Of a DNA stretch of 64,000 nt, positions 26,240 through 40,505 are shown piece by piece (the first letter of the stretch is position 1; each line of letters begins with the position of its first letter). A program made the position numbers and the translations under genes. This stretch comes from Chrysomallon squamiferum (lineage: Eukaryota; Animalia; Mollusca): positions 31,372,001 to 31,436,000 of the forward strand of contig CM022672.1 in the NCBI GenBank assembly GCA_012295275.1, read 5' to 3'. The notes below the pieces were generated by a model. That model saw only the letters and a list, made by a program, of their open reading frames with translations. It was not told where the DNA came from and searched no databases.

Positions 26240-26759
26240 ATGCCTATCACAGTCGTCTTCAAAGTAAACGTGATCACTGAAAGACTTACTGATGTTGTCG
26301 GGGTTGTTGGAAGTTGTTCGGAACTTGGAAACTGGTCTCATGAAAAAGCACTTTTGTTGGATAAAGGAAACATTAATGGAATTCAGAAATCAACGGTAAG
26401 GATTTTTTTTTTTTTCTTAATAACATATTAAAAGTGCTAACATAAATACATATTTAAAGTTCTAACAAAAATACATTTATGATACTTGTGATTATTTATG
26501 CAAGTGATTATTTATTATAATTTGGTTTAGCAAGAAAAAAAAAAGTATAAACATGAAAAAATAAAATAAAATAAAAATAATCATTTAAAAAATAATTTTC
26601 AAACAGAAGCTAAAAAAATAATAATAAAAAATAATAACTAAAAGAAATAAGGACTTCCTGATAAATTACTGGTTTTTAAATTTAAACTTTTTTTTTTATT
26701 TTGCATTTGGACAAATTGATGATTATACTAAAAGTGTTATTTTTTATTCTTTAATACTC

Positions 26760-26800
<41 letters not shown>

Positions 26801-27186
26801 TTTGTTTTATTTTTATTTTTTAAAAATGATTCATTACTAAATAAGAGATTTTCATTAATCAAATTAAATCATTATATTATATGACTGTTAATTATTGCTT
26901 AATTTTCTAATGTATAGCCATCTGGCTTGTTAGAGAAATGTTGTGGAATTATTTTATTCTATTACACTAAATTATCCCTTAGTCTGCGCATGGGAGTTCT
27001 GTTGCTTGTCATCATCTGCTTAGCTATTTGTTTCCAAAATTAATAAATAAAGACCAATTCAACAATGAAGAGCATCATTTCCCAATATGTATATATATAT
27101 AAAAATAACAGTAATTATTATTATTAAAGAGTGAAAAAAATATAACATTTAAGAGCAACAGTGAACAGCATCTTTTCCCCAATGTA

Positions 27187-27242
<56 letters not shown>

Positions 27243-30239
27243 ATTTTATTTTATTTTATTTATTTTTTTTAAACTAATTCTCTCTGTTTGGTTGCACAGA
27301 TAGAATCTATAATGAAAATGATTTTTTCCAGAAATATTAAATATATGTTGTTACTGATTTTTATGAATTTAGTTAAAATTTCAGAGTTGACATTTATAAA
27401 TAACGTGTTGAATAAATATTTCTTGTAGAATTTTACTAATTTTTCTGAATTTAGTCAAGCTTTATGTGACGACATAAATAAATAAGTTGTTGAATAAAAT
27501 ATCTGTTTGCAGAATTCTATGGTCAAGAAAGGTCAAAATGCAAACAACAGGAAAAATAGAATATCGCTTTTTTGTTGGACATAAGTTAGAATATAAAGAC
27601 CATCACAGGCTCTCGGTCATCAAATGGGAAACTCACACTAAACCAAGGTCCATGGAGTTAAATGGTTTGTTAAATATTTACTTTTAACAAATTAATTTTT
27701 ACAAATTTTTTTTGAACAGGGTAAAATATTAGTTTCAGACATAAAAAAAAAAACACAGTTAGCCTATTCTTCAAACACAGAAGAAAAAAAACATAATTTC
27801 AAATATATTTATATGTTAATAATTTTATATCACAAAATTTTTTTCCTGAGATTTTTAACTGCAATAACTGACATAAAATAAAAGTTTCTATACTTAAAAC
27901 AATAAGTAGGTTATTAAATATTATTATTATATTTAATAACAATAATAACAAGCCATTTTTAGATCTATATTATTTACATTAATATTTATGTAACTTTTTT
28001 TTAATATATATTTTTTTTAATATATTGCCCCAGGACCTATAAAACTACCAGTTGCTGAATTTGGAGTAATTGGTGAGAATTTTTCTTTTATTTTTGTTTC
28101 TATTTTATTTTTTAATTCTTTTATTATCTTGTTGATTCTTCTTTTCTTTCATTTTGGGTTAATTTGTATTTTTATTTTATGTTTTAATTGTTTATTATGT
28201 TGATGATTTTGCTTTTCTTTATTTTTTGGTTTAATGAAGGTAAGAGGTGGAGCATTAATTTTTTGAGAGGAGTTGAATCACAGTAAAAATTCATTAAGTG
28301 CAGATAGCAGTTATCTTTTTTATTTCAACTTGTAGATTGCAAATTTTCAGGAGAAAGAAAGAAATAAACTAAAAGAAGAAAGACAAAAATCCTCTGAAAA
28401 AATTACCCTTAAAAATCAAAAGCTGATGTAACATTATAATTAATATATCAAATACAATTAATCAGATTATGGTTTTGAAAAGAAAAATAATGTATGTAAG
28501 CTATATATATTAAGTTGTTTTTTTAGTTATTATTATTTTTTTTATTTGTTTTTTCTATTTGTTGTTAATATAAATACACGTACATTTATTACAAAAAGAT
28601 GTCAAAATTTCCTAATAATATCATAGATATTTTTTTTTTGATTATTTTTTAAATTGTATTTTTAATTATTATTCAGTTTCATTATTATTATTTGTTTTAT
28701 TTTATTTATCTTTTTTTTTTTTTTTTTTTGTTCTGTTTGTTTTAGATCAGATAAAGCAAACATCAGTAGGTTGGCTATCTGGTCAGACTAGCATACAAGT
28801 TCGAATCCACGAGCCTCTAATAATCTGGAAACGGAGATACTATGGACAGATATACAGAGTTAAGTGTACAGCAATGGATTATCGCCCTGACAATGTAAGT
28901 TAGAATTTTTTTAATAAAATAAAGAAAAATTAAATTATGTACAAAGGTATTAATAAGAAAATGAATAATTAAATTCAGCCAATGGCATTTTTAAAGGACC
29001 TGAAATAACTTGTAGAAGAGGAAATGTATAATAAATATAATATTAAAAATCTGCTAATTGTCACTAGACAGAAGTTATATTTTTCAATGATGCAAGGTAC
29101 TTATAAATCAGAGATTCATAATAAGTAAGTTTAGAAATTATCACCTAGTTTTTTGAACAAAGAAGTTTCATGGAAGGAGAAATAACTGAATGCAAAAATA
29201 TTTTCAAAGTAAAAAGTCATGTGATAAGTTTTAAAATGTAGATAATTTCCTTTCTTGTGAGGTGTTATGATTATTTTATATTTTTAATAAAATCTGTTGG
29301 AAAAGTTCTTGTACCAGTAATGAATTAAATGCCATGTATTTCATATTATTGATTATCAAAATAAATATTTAATATTATCAGATTTTAAACAAAGTCTTAA
29401 ACTTTATTTGAAATTTTGTCTTTACTATTTTATTAATTTTCTTTCTTATTAAAAAAGTGAACACTAATGTATTTGTAGATAGCATCTTGTGGTTGCGGAG
29501 AAGATTTAGACACTAGAACCACTATCTCGGTCAGTACAAACATTTTACTACTTAAAGTGAATGTAAACATTTCAATGTAAAAAAAAAAAAGATTAGATGT
29601 TAAAATAAAAGTCTGTAGTGTTTTGAACAGATGGCTGTTGAGCATGTGATTTTGTTTCACACATATTCTGTAAAGTAAAGAAAATGGCATACCAATCTAT
29701 GAACAAATATATATTGTCTTTGAATTACATTTAAGAATGCTATGTACTTTTGTACCAGCTCAGTAACTGACATAATATTAAAGGCTTATTTCACTAACTT
29801 CACATTATCTAAATGACAGAATCTGCTGAAAGATGTAAGGTTATAACTTCAGTAGTTTACTGCTGCAGTGTTTTATTTGATCTAGGTTGGTCACCATACA
29901 CAAATGTCACAGTAAGATGGCAGTATTGATAACTTGTCATGTTATAATTGTTGTCCAAAGATTATATATTAACATCTTGGTGACACAGAAATAATTCGGA
30001 ATAATTTTTTATACTTTTCAGTTTAAAACATTTCACTAATGTTTTATTTCTTTCAGGTGCTGGATGGAATAAACCACTTCCCACATTTTCAAGACGATTA
30101 TGGCAAAATTTTCAGTGAGGGTGACTTTATTGTGTTCAAAGTGGAGAGTTACCATCCTGAAAATCTAGTAAGACTTATCAGTTCTCTAGCTGTATTTCAT
30201 ATGTTTGTTTTGCTTAACAAAATCATGAATTCTAGATGT

Positions 30240-30276
<37 letters not shown>

Positions 30277-30289
30277 TGCCTGTATGTGT

Positions 30290-30347
<58 letters not shown>

Positions 30348-32434
30348 ATACAATTAAGAATTAGTACACGGAATTGAAAAAATAAACTTAGCAAATTTTA
30401 TTAGTGTTTTTTTTTCTTGTTTTTTTCATAGATTTTTAACAGCTCATTAACAAGATATGTAGATTTGTTAAAATAGTAATATTAGTATATTTTTATTTTT
30501 GAAGGGTTTTAAATTAGACTTCTTTGTACACAACACAAGTGAAATCACACACACTGTACCAAAATACATCGGCTTCGCCCACATTCTTCCAATGAATCAG
30601 AACCAGTCCCTGGGAATCAAAACACGTCTGCCTGTGATTGGTCTGAAAAATAAACCAATAGGAGAGGTTGATGGTAAGTTTTAAAGAGTGTGTGTGTGTG
30701 TGTGTGTCTGTATGTGGATTGGTTTGTATGGGTGTTCGTGTGTGTGCATGTGCATATGTGGGTGTGGGTATGAGTGTAAATAAATACAGTATTTTTTTAT
30801 TTAATCTTTTACTAATTGAAAACATTATTTTGAATATTGGTAAATATATATACTGTTATCATTTATAAAGTCCTTTAAAAACATTGAAAACAAATTTAGC
30901 TTGTATCTGTTTTTTTGTGTCTATATCAGTTTGTGTGTGTGTGTGTGTGTGTGTAAATAATTACAGCATTTTTTATATTAATCTTTTACTAATTGAAAAC
31001 AGTTTTAATATGGTAAATATATATAACTGTATCATTCATAAAATCCTTTAAAAAAAGATTAAAAAGAATTTCAGCTTTAACATTATTTCAAAACAAATTC
31101 TTTGCAGATATTCTGTAACTTATAATTATTGTATAAAAAAAATAAATACTTAAAGCTGAAAAGCTAAATTATTAAAAATATAATTATACTTTACACTGTT
31201 TCCATCATCTGTGCACATTCCCACCCATTTACATCCATCTAAAAAGTACATTACTGTGTTGTTGTTGTTGTTTTTGTTATTTATTTATGATAAATCTAAT
31301 CTGAGATGACATTTTGATGACTTTGCTGGAATTAGTGTCCAGAAGAACTCAAAGTGCTCCTGTGGCAATGAGAATACAAAATGTGATAAAATTTCAGCAT
31401 ATTTTTTAATTGTTGTTTGCAAACTATCACCTCTCATATCAAAATGTGATAATACAATAAGACTGTTACAAAATAAATCATCATTTCATCTGGAATTGTT
31501 GTATTATCTGATAGCTGAATGTTTTTGATCATACAAAATATTTCAGACAAATCTTACTAATTAAAGTGAATGTAAACATTTCAGTGCAAAAAAAAAAAAA
31601 AGATTAAAAAGGTTAAAATAAAAGTCTGTAGTGTTTTGAATAGGTGACTGTTGAGCATATGATTTTGTTTTACACTTATTCTGAAAAGTAATATGTGATG
31701 ACGTCAAGACTACAGAATTAGTGGTAGTGCTCTTTTGTTGGTTATTATTAGTTAACACTTCTATAAACACTTATATTTAGCTTGATACAAGACACCTCCC
31801 AGTTTGTTTGCACTTAAACATATCTGGCTATATATGTAATATATATTTATTCTTGTAATCAGCTCATTTTGGAATACTGAGAGAAAGAATTTTGTGTTTT
31901 TGTATGTATCTGTCTGTGTTACATAATCAGTCTTAAGCATGTTAAATTAAAAAGCAGTTCTTATTGCAGAGTACTTTCTTTACTAAGCAGTTTTATAAGA
32001 TTCCAGAATTTGTTATTAGTGATACAAGCTGGAAAAATAATTAGAAAGTGTGAAATATAATGAAATCATTTTTACAATGAATATTTTATATATATATATA
32101 TATATATTTTTTTTTATTATTATTTTTTTTTTTCCAGTTGATTCACTAATTATAAAGTCACATCCAAAGTTTGAAGGTAAGATGAATATGACTTACCAGA
32201 CTTTGTGGAGAATGAGACAGAAACCTGTAGAAATAGGACATCGAGGGATGGGAACGTCTTACAAAAAGTAAGCTGAACTGTGAGAAACAAATGACTCCAG
32301 TATTTTGCAGTAGTTAAATTCCCTAGCAAAGCAGTCACAATCTCTCTCTCTCTCTCTCTGTGTCTCTCTGTGTGTCTCTCGCTCTGTTTCTTTCTCTCTC
32401 TTTCTGTCTCTCCGTTTCTCTCTCTGTATCGCTG

Positions 32435-32499
<65 letters not shown>

Positions 32500-32612
32500 C
32501 TTTCTTTCTTTCTGTTTCTCTCTGTTTCTCTGTTTTTTCTTTCTTCTTTCTGTTTCTCTTTTTTTCTTCTCTCTCTGTTTCTTTCTCTCTTTCTGTCTCT
32601 CGTTTCTCTCAC

Positions 32613-32651
<39 letters not shown>

Positions 32652-32707
32652 CTTTCTCTCTTTCCTGTTTCTTTCTCTCTTTCTTTCTCCGTTTCTCTCT
32701 GTATCAC

Positions 32708-32783
<76 letters not shown>

Positions 32784-33167
32784 CATCTAGTCTCTTTGCC
32801 TATCTATTTATGCATGAAGACAAAGGGGCAGAACAGAAATTAGATTTTTACTAGGCTTATATTTATATTACTGGTTTTGATAAACTTTTTTTGCTTTTTG
32901 AACATTTAGCATAGCACTTGTACGAGAAAACACTCTTGCATCATTTGCAGCTGCAGTAAAGCATGTAAGTAGATTTAATAATGAAGCACAAAGACAGACA
33001 GACAGACAGATAGACAGACACACACACACACACACCAACCAATGATGTATATACTTAAGCAAATTATTATAAAGACTATTTAAATATTTCTATGCATTAG
33101 GAATGGTTCATACATATGCATTACAGGCATTACACACATAGTAATATTAAAAAATATTTGGAAATAT

Positions 33168-33203
<36 letters not shown>

Positions 33204-33833
33204 AATGATCACTAACGTTTTAAAATATTTTAAAATAATTTATTCCAGGGAGCTGATATGATAGAGTTTGATGTGATGTTGACTAAAGATCTAGTACCAG
33301 TTGTATACCATGACTACTTAGTGTGTATGTGTTACAGAAAGGTAAGTCATTTAGATTTGACTACAAAACCTCAGTAATAACTGATATATACTACTTAGTG
33401 TGTATGTCTTAGAGAAGAGTAAGTCATCTAGATTTGACTACACGTCCACAATAATTACTGTTGTATACTACTTAGTGTGTATGTGTTACAGAAAGGTAAG
33501 TCATTTAGATTTGACCACACATCCTCATTAATAACTGATATATACTACTTAGTGTGTATGTCTTATAGAAGAGTAAGTCATCTAGATTTGACTACACGTC
33601 CACAATAATAACTGTTCTAATCTAGATTTGACCATTCATCCTCATTAATAACTTGCTTCCTCTAAACTTGATTTATTAAAGGAACTAAAAACATAATTTT
33701 CTAATGCAGGTATAGATATAGATATATATATATGTGTGTGTGTGTATCATACTGTTTATTAGAATACACACAGGCTGTTAATTTAGTTTGATACTAATAC
33801 TTTGAAAATTGAAAATTGTTTGGCTTTATTTAT

Positions 33834-33894
<61 letters not shown>

Positions 33895-36664
33895 TCTTTG
33901 TTTTTCTTTTTTCACAGAGACTTGATGAACAACTGTCACTGTTTCAGATACCAATAAAAGATCTGACACTTGAAAATCTACATTCCATGAAGGTAAATAT
34001 TATTGTGTATCACTATCAGCTGTTTATTTTAAATAACCAAAATGTTGTCGAGGTCTGTTTCAAATAAAAGTAAAATAACTTTATAGTCTTAAATTTAGTA
34101 CCACAATGATCTAGTTTAAGCAAGTTTCAGAAATGTTGTTCTTTTTGTTTCTAACGACCTTACACAAAAATATTTGTTCTTATTTAATAATTATTATAAA
34201 TTAATATTTTAGTTATCAGACCCCATCGAAATTCGAGATTATTCGTCAGTAATTTTTTATTTTTTTTTTTATTTTTTATTTTTTTTTCTCCATTATTATT
34301 TATATAATCATAACACCTGCAGATATAAACTGAAACGTTGTGCTTGACAATTAAATTTTATTTGTATAAATTCGGAAAAGCATTAAGGACTGGACTCATA
34401 ACTGTCTTATAATTTTACTAGTTAGCGTAATACACATTTGGAATCGGTCGTTCAACAATCGGAAAGAATCGTTTCCCTTTACAGAATGTAGCGGAATTGG
34501 ACGAATTGTTGCGAATTTGCGCTCTTCTTAACTTATGTAGATTACGGAAATCGCCGAACACAGGTTGTAATTAATTTAAACCCGTTCCACAAAATGAAAT
34601 AGGATTCTATAATTCCATCCTATTTAATTATATTAACATATTTGTTTGGAGCCTGTATTTAAAAATCCAGTTTTAAAGGTGGCTGAAAGCAACTGTAATT
34701 TTTAATGTTTAGACTTTATAATCAGAAAATCAGAATTAATTAAGAATCGGTGAGTTTAAAAATAAAACATTTTCGTAATATTATTCGATTGGAGTTTTAA
34801 TAAATAATCTTCCGAACCGGAAGTGTCTATCCATACAATAAAATTCGTCTGCTCGCATGCGAATTTTGAAAGAATAGATAACAAAAAAAAAAAAAAAAAA
34901 GTTCAAGAAGCCAGGCACAACTCAACGTGGTTCAGATCTTGACTAATTAGTAGTGTTTGATCAGATTCGTAAGCAATCTTTTGAATAAATAATAAATAAA
35001 GAATGGAAGAAAGTAAAGAAAAATAAAATAAAACACAACTAAATTAAATGCAACTAAAAGACACCACAGACAAACACATTTGAGAGAAAAATAATAAAAT
35101 AACAGCATATGAATGCCTAAAAATAAGAACAGAATTAAAAACTGGATAATACTGTGGTACACTAATTTTCTTTTATCAGTGACAGGCTTACAGAGTAGCT
35201 TTATTTTTAAAATGTCAGCTAGACTTTATTAACATTATGCTTGTGAATTATTTATTTCAAAACAGAGTTATATACACTTTGAACATATTCATATTATGTT
35301 CACGTTAACTACAGAACATATTCTTATTATGGGCATATTTATTATTTGATGAGTTACCATTGCTAAGCATCAGGAATGTGTACACAGATTGATATTCATA
35401 AGAGGCGCAAGTTGAACAACAAAACTGTTTTGGTTAACAACAACCTGGACTCTATTTTCTGAATGCAGTCAGCCTGTTTAATCCAAAACAATATTTCTAG
35501 AAAAGAATAAATCAGCTTTGAATTGATTCCTGACTTGAATAATATTTTTACAGTAGAATCTGAACTTGACCTTTCAGATCTTTGGTTGCCTTGTTATATT
35601 TATCATTTTAAAAATGTGATAACTTTTTGAAGGCTAAACCAAAACCAGAATGCATAATTGATTGAGTAATGACGATAAAGCTGTGATCTTAAGACAGTAA
35701 TCAGTTATTTCTGTTATGCAGTAATATTAAATAATACAGAAAACTTTTATTTTTTTACCTTTGTAAATTCATACTGGACAAAAACTATTTTTACCTTTGT
35801 ATGACAAAATTGCAGTAACCAGATATTCCATATATATATATATATATATATATATGTATTGCATCTGCATTATTCTGAAAATAATATATATTAACTGATA
35901 CCCTATTTATTTATTCACTTTTCAGTTACTTCATGAATCATCTCTGGTTGGACCTCCTGTAGGTAAACTTGCTGTCTGGATTTTTCATATTGTGCATGTG
36001 TGTGTGTATGGTTTATTAAGTGTTTAGAGTCCATGTATTCAGCTACTGATCTATAAAAGTGAAAAGAACAACATTTTTATCTAATCATATCTGTTTCTAA
36101 AGCATTTTATGGCACTCTGTCATAATAACATTCAGTGTACTGTTTAACATCATCATCATAATCATCATCATCGTTGTTGACATTAAAAATTTATTTGTTT
36201 TTCAGCTTTAAATGAGAAATGTTCCAGTGTATCTGTTGAGCCATTTCCTACACTGGTGGAGGTTTTTGATAATCTTGATCAGGATATTGCCTTCAACATA
36301 GAGGTGAAACATCCTCTCAAATTCCAGGTGTGATAAAAAAATATGAATTTTTATTTTATTCCTAAACCATTGCTACTATGAACATTCAAATACATGTATG
36401 TACAGAATTCATAGATTTAGATATATTAAACACACACCCCCACACACATACACCTTATTATCTTTTATTGGTTTTGTTGTTGTTGTTATTATTATTATTA
36501 TTATTATTAATATCCTTGGTGGTGATATTACTATTATTATTATTGTTATTGTTATTATTATTTGTGTTGTTGTTGTTGTTGTTATTGTTGTTATTATTAT
36601 TATTATTATTATCCTTGGTGGTGTTATTACTATTATTATTATTGTTATTATTATTATTATTGTG

Positions 36665-36698
<34 letters not shown>

Positions 36699-38641
36699 AT
36701 TGTTATTGTTATTGTTATTGTTATCCAGTCTGGTGGATCTGAGGTGGACCACTATTTTGAACACAGTCTGCAGGTTGACAAGATTCTTGCTACAGTTTTT
36801 GAACATGCTGGTGAAAGACAGATCATTTTCTCTAGCTTTGATCCTGATACCTGTATTATGTGAGTCATTTTTAAACATAATAAATGTGTTGTGAATTAAA
36901 AAATAAAATGAAGAAAAACGACTTCTAAATAAATGTAGGTTATTATTTTGACATGTTGAGATGTGTATATTTTAATTGTTTTGTTACGTTCTTGTAAAAA
37001 CAGACTAAATGTATCATGTTCTCACAGAATGAGTCACTTGTTGGAAAATGTTTAATATTTGTTATTAGTACCAGCTGAACTAGCAGCATTTCAGTTTTCA
37101 TGTGATGTATAATAATAGAAGATCTGTCAGTTCTAACAGGAGTTATGACATGATGGGGGGTAGAAACTGTAAAATGCAGAAAGTGGTTTTCAGAGTATTT
37201 AGTTTATTTTGGGGTATTCACCTTAGTTACTGTGGACAGATCATGATCAGATCTGCTCAACTTAAAGATATCTATGTTGTGATGATATTCTGCTAAATAC
37301 AATATTTGTATTAGAAACAAAATGCAGATGATTTAATTATTTTGTAGCTACTACCATGTTTGGTTTACATGACGCATCTGACTTAAATTTAGACCAGCCA
37401 GTTCCTTTTTCTTGATACTGTATTAATATTTAAAATAAACATTCTTGTTAGAAATAATTAATTATGCTTGTGTAATTTCCATCACTGCTACAAAAAAGGA
37501 AGAAAAACATTACCTTTATGGAGCTAATTAAATAGATAGCTTAAAGACAATTTATTTATTTATATTGAAAAGATTATATAATGACCTTGTTTGGTTAAAG
37601 AAAAGGCTCTATCCTGCACAATATACCTTAATTCAGATGGAGTATTCAAAAATAAAACCATTCTCTTTACATCTTTTTGATAATGGTATGGACACAGAAT
37701 GTAAATAAATATCAAAAATTAATTATTTTACTACAAACAGGAAAAAGAAAAATGTCATACTTCAGCACAATTATATCTACTTAAATAAATTTAAAGCAAG
37801 GTTTCACTGTTTTACCCTGAATAGTAGCTGTAAAAAAAAAAAAAAAAGTTTTCTCTTCTAAGCAAAAATGAAAACAAATTATCATTTTAAGTAATTTTAC
37901 TTATTTATTTTTTGACAGCCTTGCTTACCTAGTGCAGGAGAAGTTATTTTCCTTATAGTTAAAATGGTCTTTTCACCTATTTCATTTAATTGTCTTGTTC
38001 TCGTCTTTCACACTCTCTAGTCCTCCCAAAAATTTATTTTTCAATCTAACTGTGAAGGTGAACATGATCATGTTCAATATTTTAACAATATTCATCATTT
38101 TTGGATGCTTCTTTTTCTTTTATTTAGGTTACATAGTTTACAACTGTGAAACTGATAATATGATAGCTAAAGATTCATTTACAGGGAAAATCTCAAAAGC
38201 AATAGATTTAAAAAAATTTCACACCAAACAACATTTACTCAAAATAGGTTTTACTGACTTGTGATTCAGTTTGAGAAAACACAACACAAATATAGTTTGT
38301 ATGGTTAAAATTGTTTTAACTACATTAAATAACAAGATTCTTAATTTTTTAATTTTGTTTTATTTAAGACTTTTCTAATACAGCTGACAAGATTGTAACT
38401 TCATCAGTTATTGTTCTTTTCATTTTGTGTTTTCATTGGTAATAGAATATTTCACTTTATTTTAGGTTACAGCTAAAACAGAATCTCTATCCAGTTTTAT
38501 TTTTATCAGAAGGTGATGTAACAGCTTACAAAGATTTCAGAGCTAAAAGTTTTGAAACAGCCATCAGTTTTGCTCTTTCTGAAGGAATTCTAGTAGGTGT
38601 ATTTTTATAGATATATTAAACAGACACACAAATACACATTT

Positions 38642-38674
<33 letters not shown>

Positions 38675-40442
38675 CATATCTACAACCCTTATTATCACTG
38701 TTACACATATTACCTCTTCTGTTACAACCATTATTACTACTTCTGCAACAACTAAACATGGGTCAATTGGATTAATAAATCTGTGAATGGATTTATGGAT
38801 GTAAACCTGAGAAAATTTGCATAAAACAGTTCAAATGTGTACAGCCAAGTAGCTGTTTCACAGATTGCTTGATTCAGTGTAAGAAATATGTAATAACTGT
38901 GGGAGAAATCCTTAAGACTGTTCAACCTAAGATATTCACTCACAGAACACCGCCACATTCTGCAGCCTTCAGACGTCCAGGAAATGTGAAAAACACCATT
39001 AGAGAGCTTTTTAATGTCATGTGTATGGTGCCACATCTCAGTGGTTATTATAGATGGTGAGCCATAGGAATGTTTAAATCTGTGACCTTGCAGCATGATG
39101 TCAGACTTCAATTTAACATCCTCAGAAAGAAAGGGAATGACCAGAGAGTGGCTGACCATCTGTGAAAACCTCGGGCTGGACACATGAAATAGGTTCCAGC
39201 CAGCAAAATGAAAACAGTGATGATGAATGTTGTTACAATACTGAATGTGATCGTGTGTTGTTTGACTGATTGAAGAATATTTCTTGGAGGATTTCATAGT
39301 GAGACAGATGAGGACAGACAATTTCAACTACAAGGAAAATGACTTGCAAACAAGTGGAAGCAAAATCCAAATAAACGTATTATGGCACTGGGGCAGGGTA
39401 GGGAACAAACAGGATTCATCAATTTTCCTTATCATCTATAAGTGAGGTCATGTAAAAATAGAAAAAATGAAATTATATCAGTTACTTAAAATGATATTTT
39501 ATTTTCATTATTGCTCATCCCTGTTGACTGATGATAATCCACTGAAAATTGTTAATCTGCAGCAGGACAAACCAGCAAGGAGATTTATTCTGATGACAGC
39601 TGCAGGATGACTTTACAACCCTAACACCAGACAACACATTGCTAGAGCTTTGTATCAGTTTTTCTGTCAGAACAATTTGATGAGCTACCCTGGCCTGTGG
39701 TAGCCCCAGATTTGTCCCCAGTTTAAAAAGTCTGGGATGAAATGGAGCAGTGCTTCTTGTCCTCCAACAAAACTGCTGTACCTCCAGCTTATCCTTCCTC
39801 AGATCTGGAATGACATTCCTAGGAACAGCAAATGAATAAATGAATGAATGTTTTAACCACAGCCCAGCTAAAAAACAAAAAAAACAGGCTGGCTGTTGGG
39901 TGTCAGGCCAAAGGTAAATATAACATTCCTAGGAACAACAGGACAGACCTGTATCAAGATGGATTAAACTAACTATTGACTGTGTGAATTTTGCTCTGGA
40001 GCATTCTTATTCTACAAGAGTTACCATGGCAAATAAAGAACAATAATGAAGGCTGTTTAACTAAATCAGTGATTGCAGTTATTTTGGGTCAGATACTTAG
40101 CAATGCATTTGTCTGCTGTTGAAAGAATTGTTTTGGTTATGCATTATATAGTGTATACCTTTTTATAGCCTTATATATTTCTCCTTTCTTTTCACTTTGG
40201 TTTGCCTTTTTATTATATTGATACATACAGAATGTTTTTGTGGTTGCAGGGAGTTGATTTTCATGCTAAGGCAGTTCTAGAAGACTTATCTCTCATTGAA
40301 AAAGCACATAAAGCTGGTCTTCTCATTTACATATGGGGTGAGGAGGCCAACAATGAAGAAGAAATTGTATCTCTAAAACAACATGGAGTAGACGGAATAA
40401 TATATGACAGGTGATATTTACTATGTTTTATCTATATTGCTT

Positions 40443-40505
<63 letters not shown>

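Noticed and set aside
32259-32854. ERER / SLSL ORFs
   Set aside because: (CT)n microsatellite translations.
38752-39327. 191-aa minus-strand ORF
   Set aside because: Antisense to the decayed Tc1 remnant; no recognisable domain.
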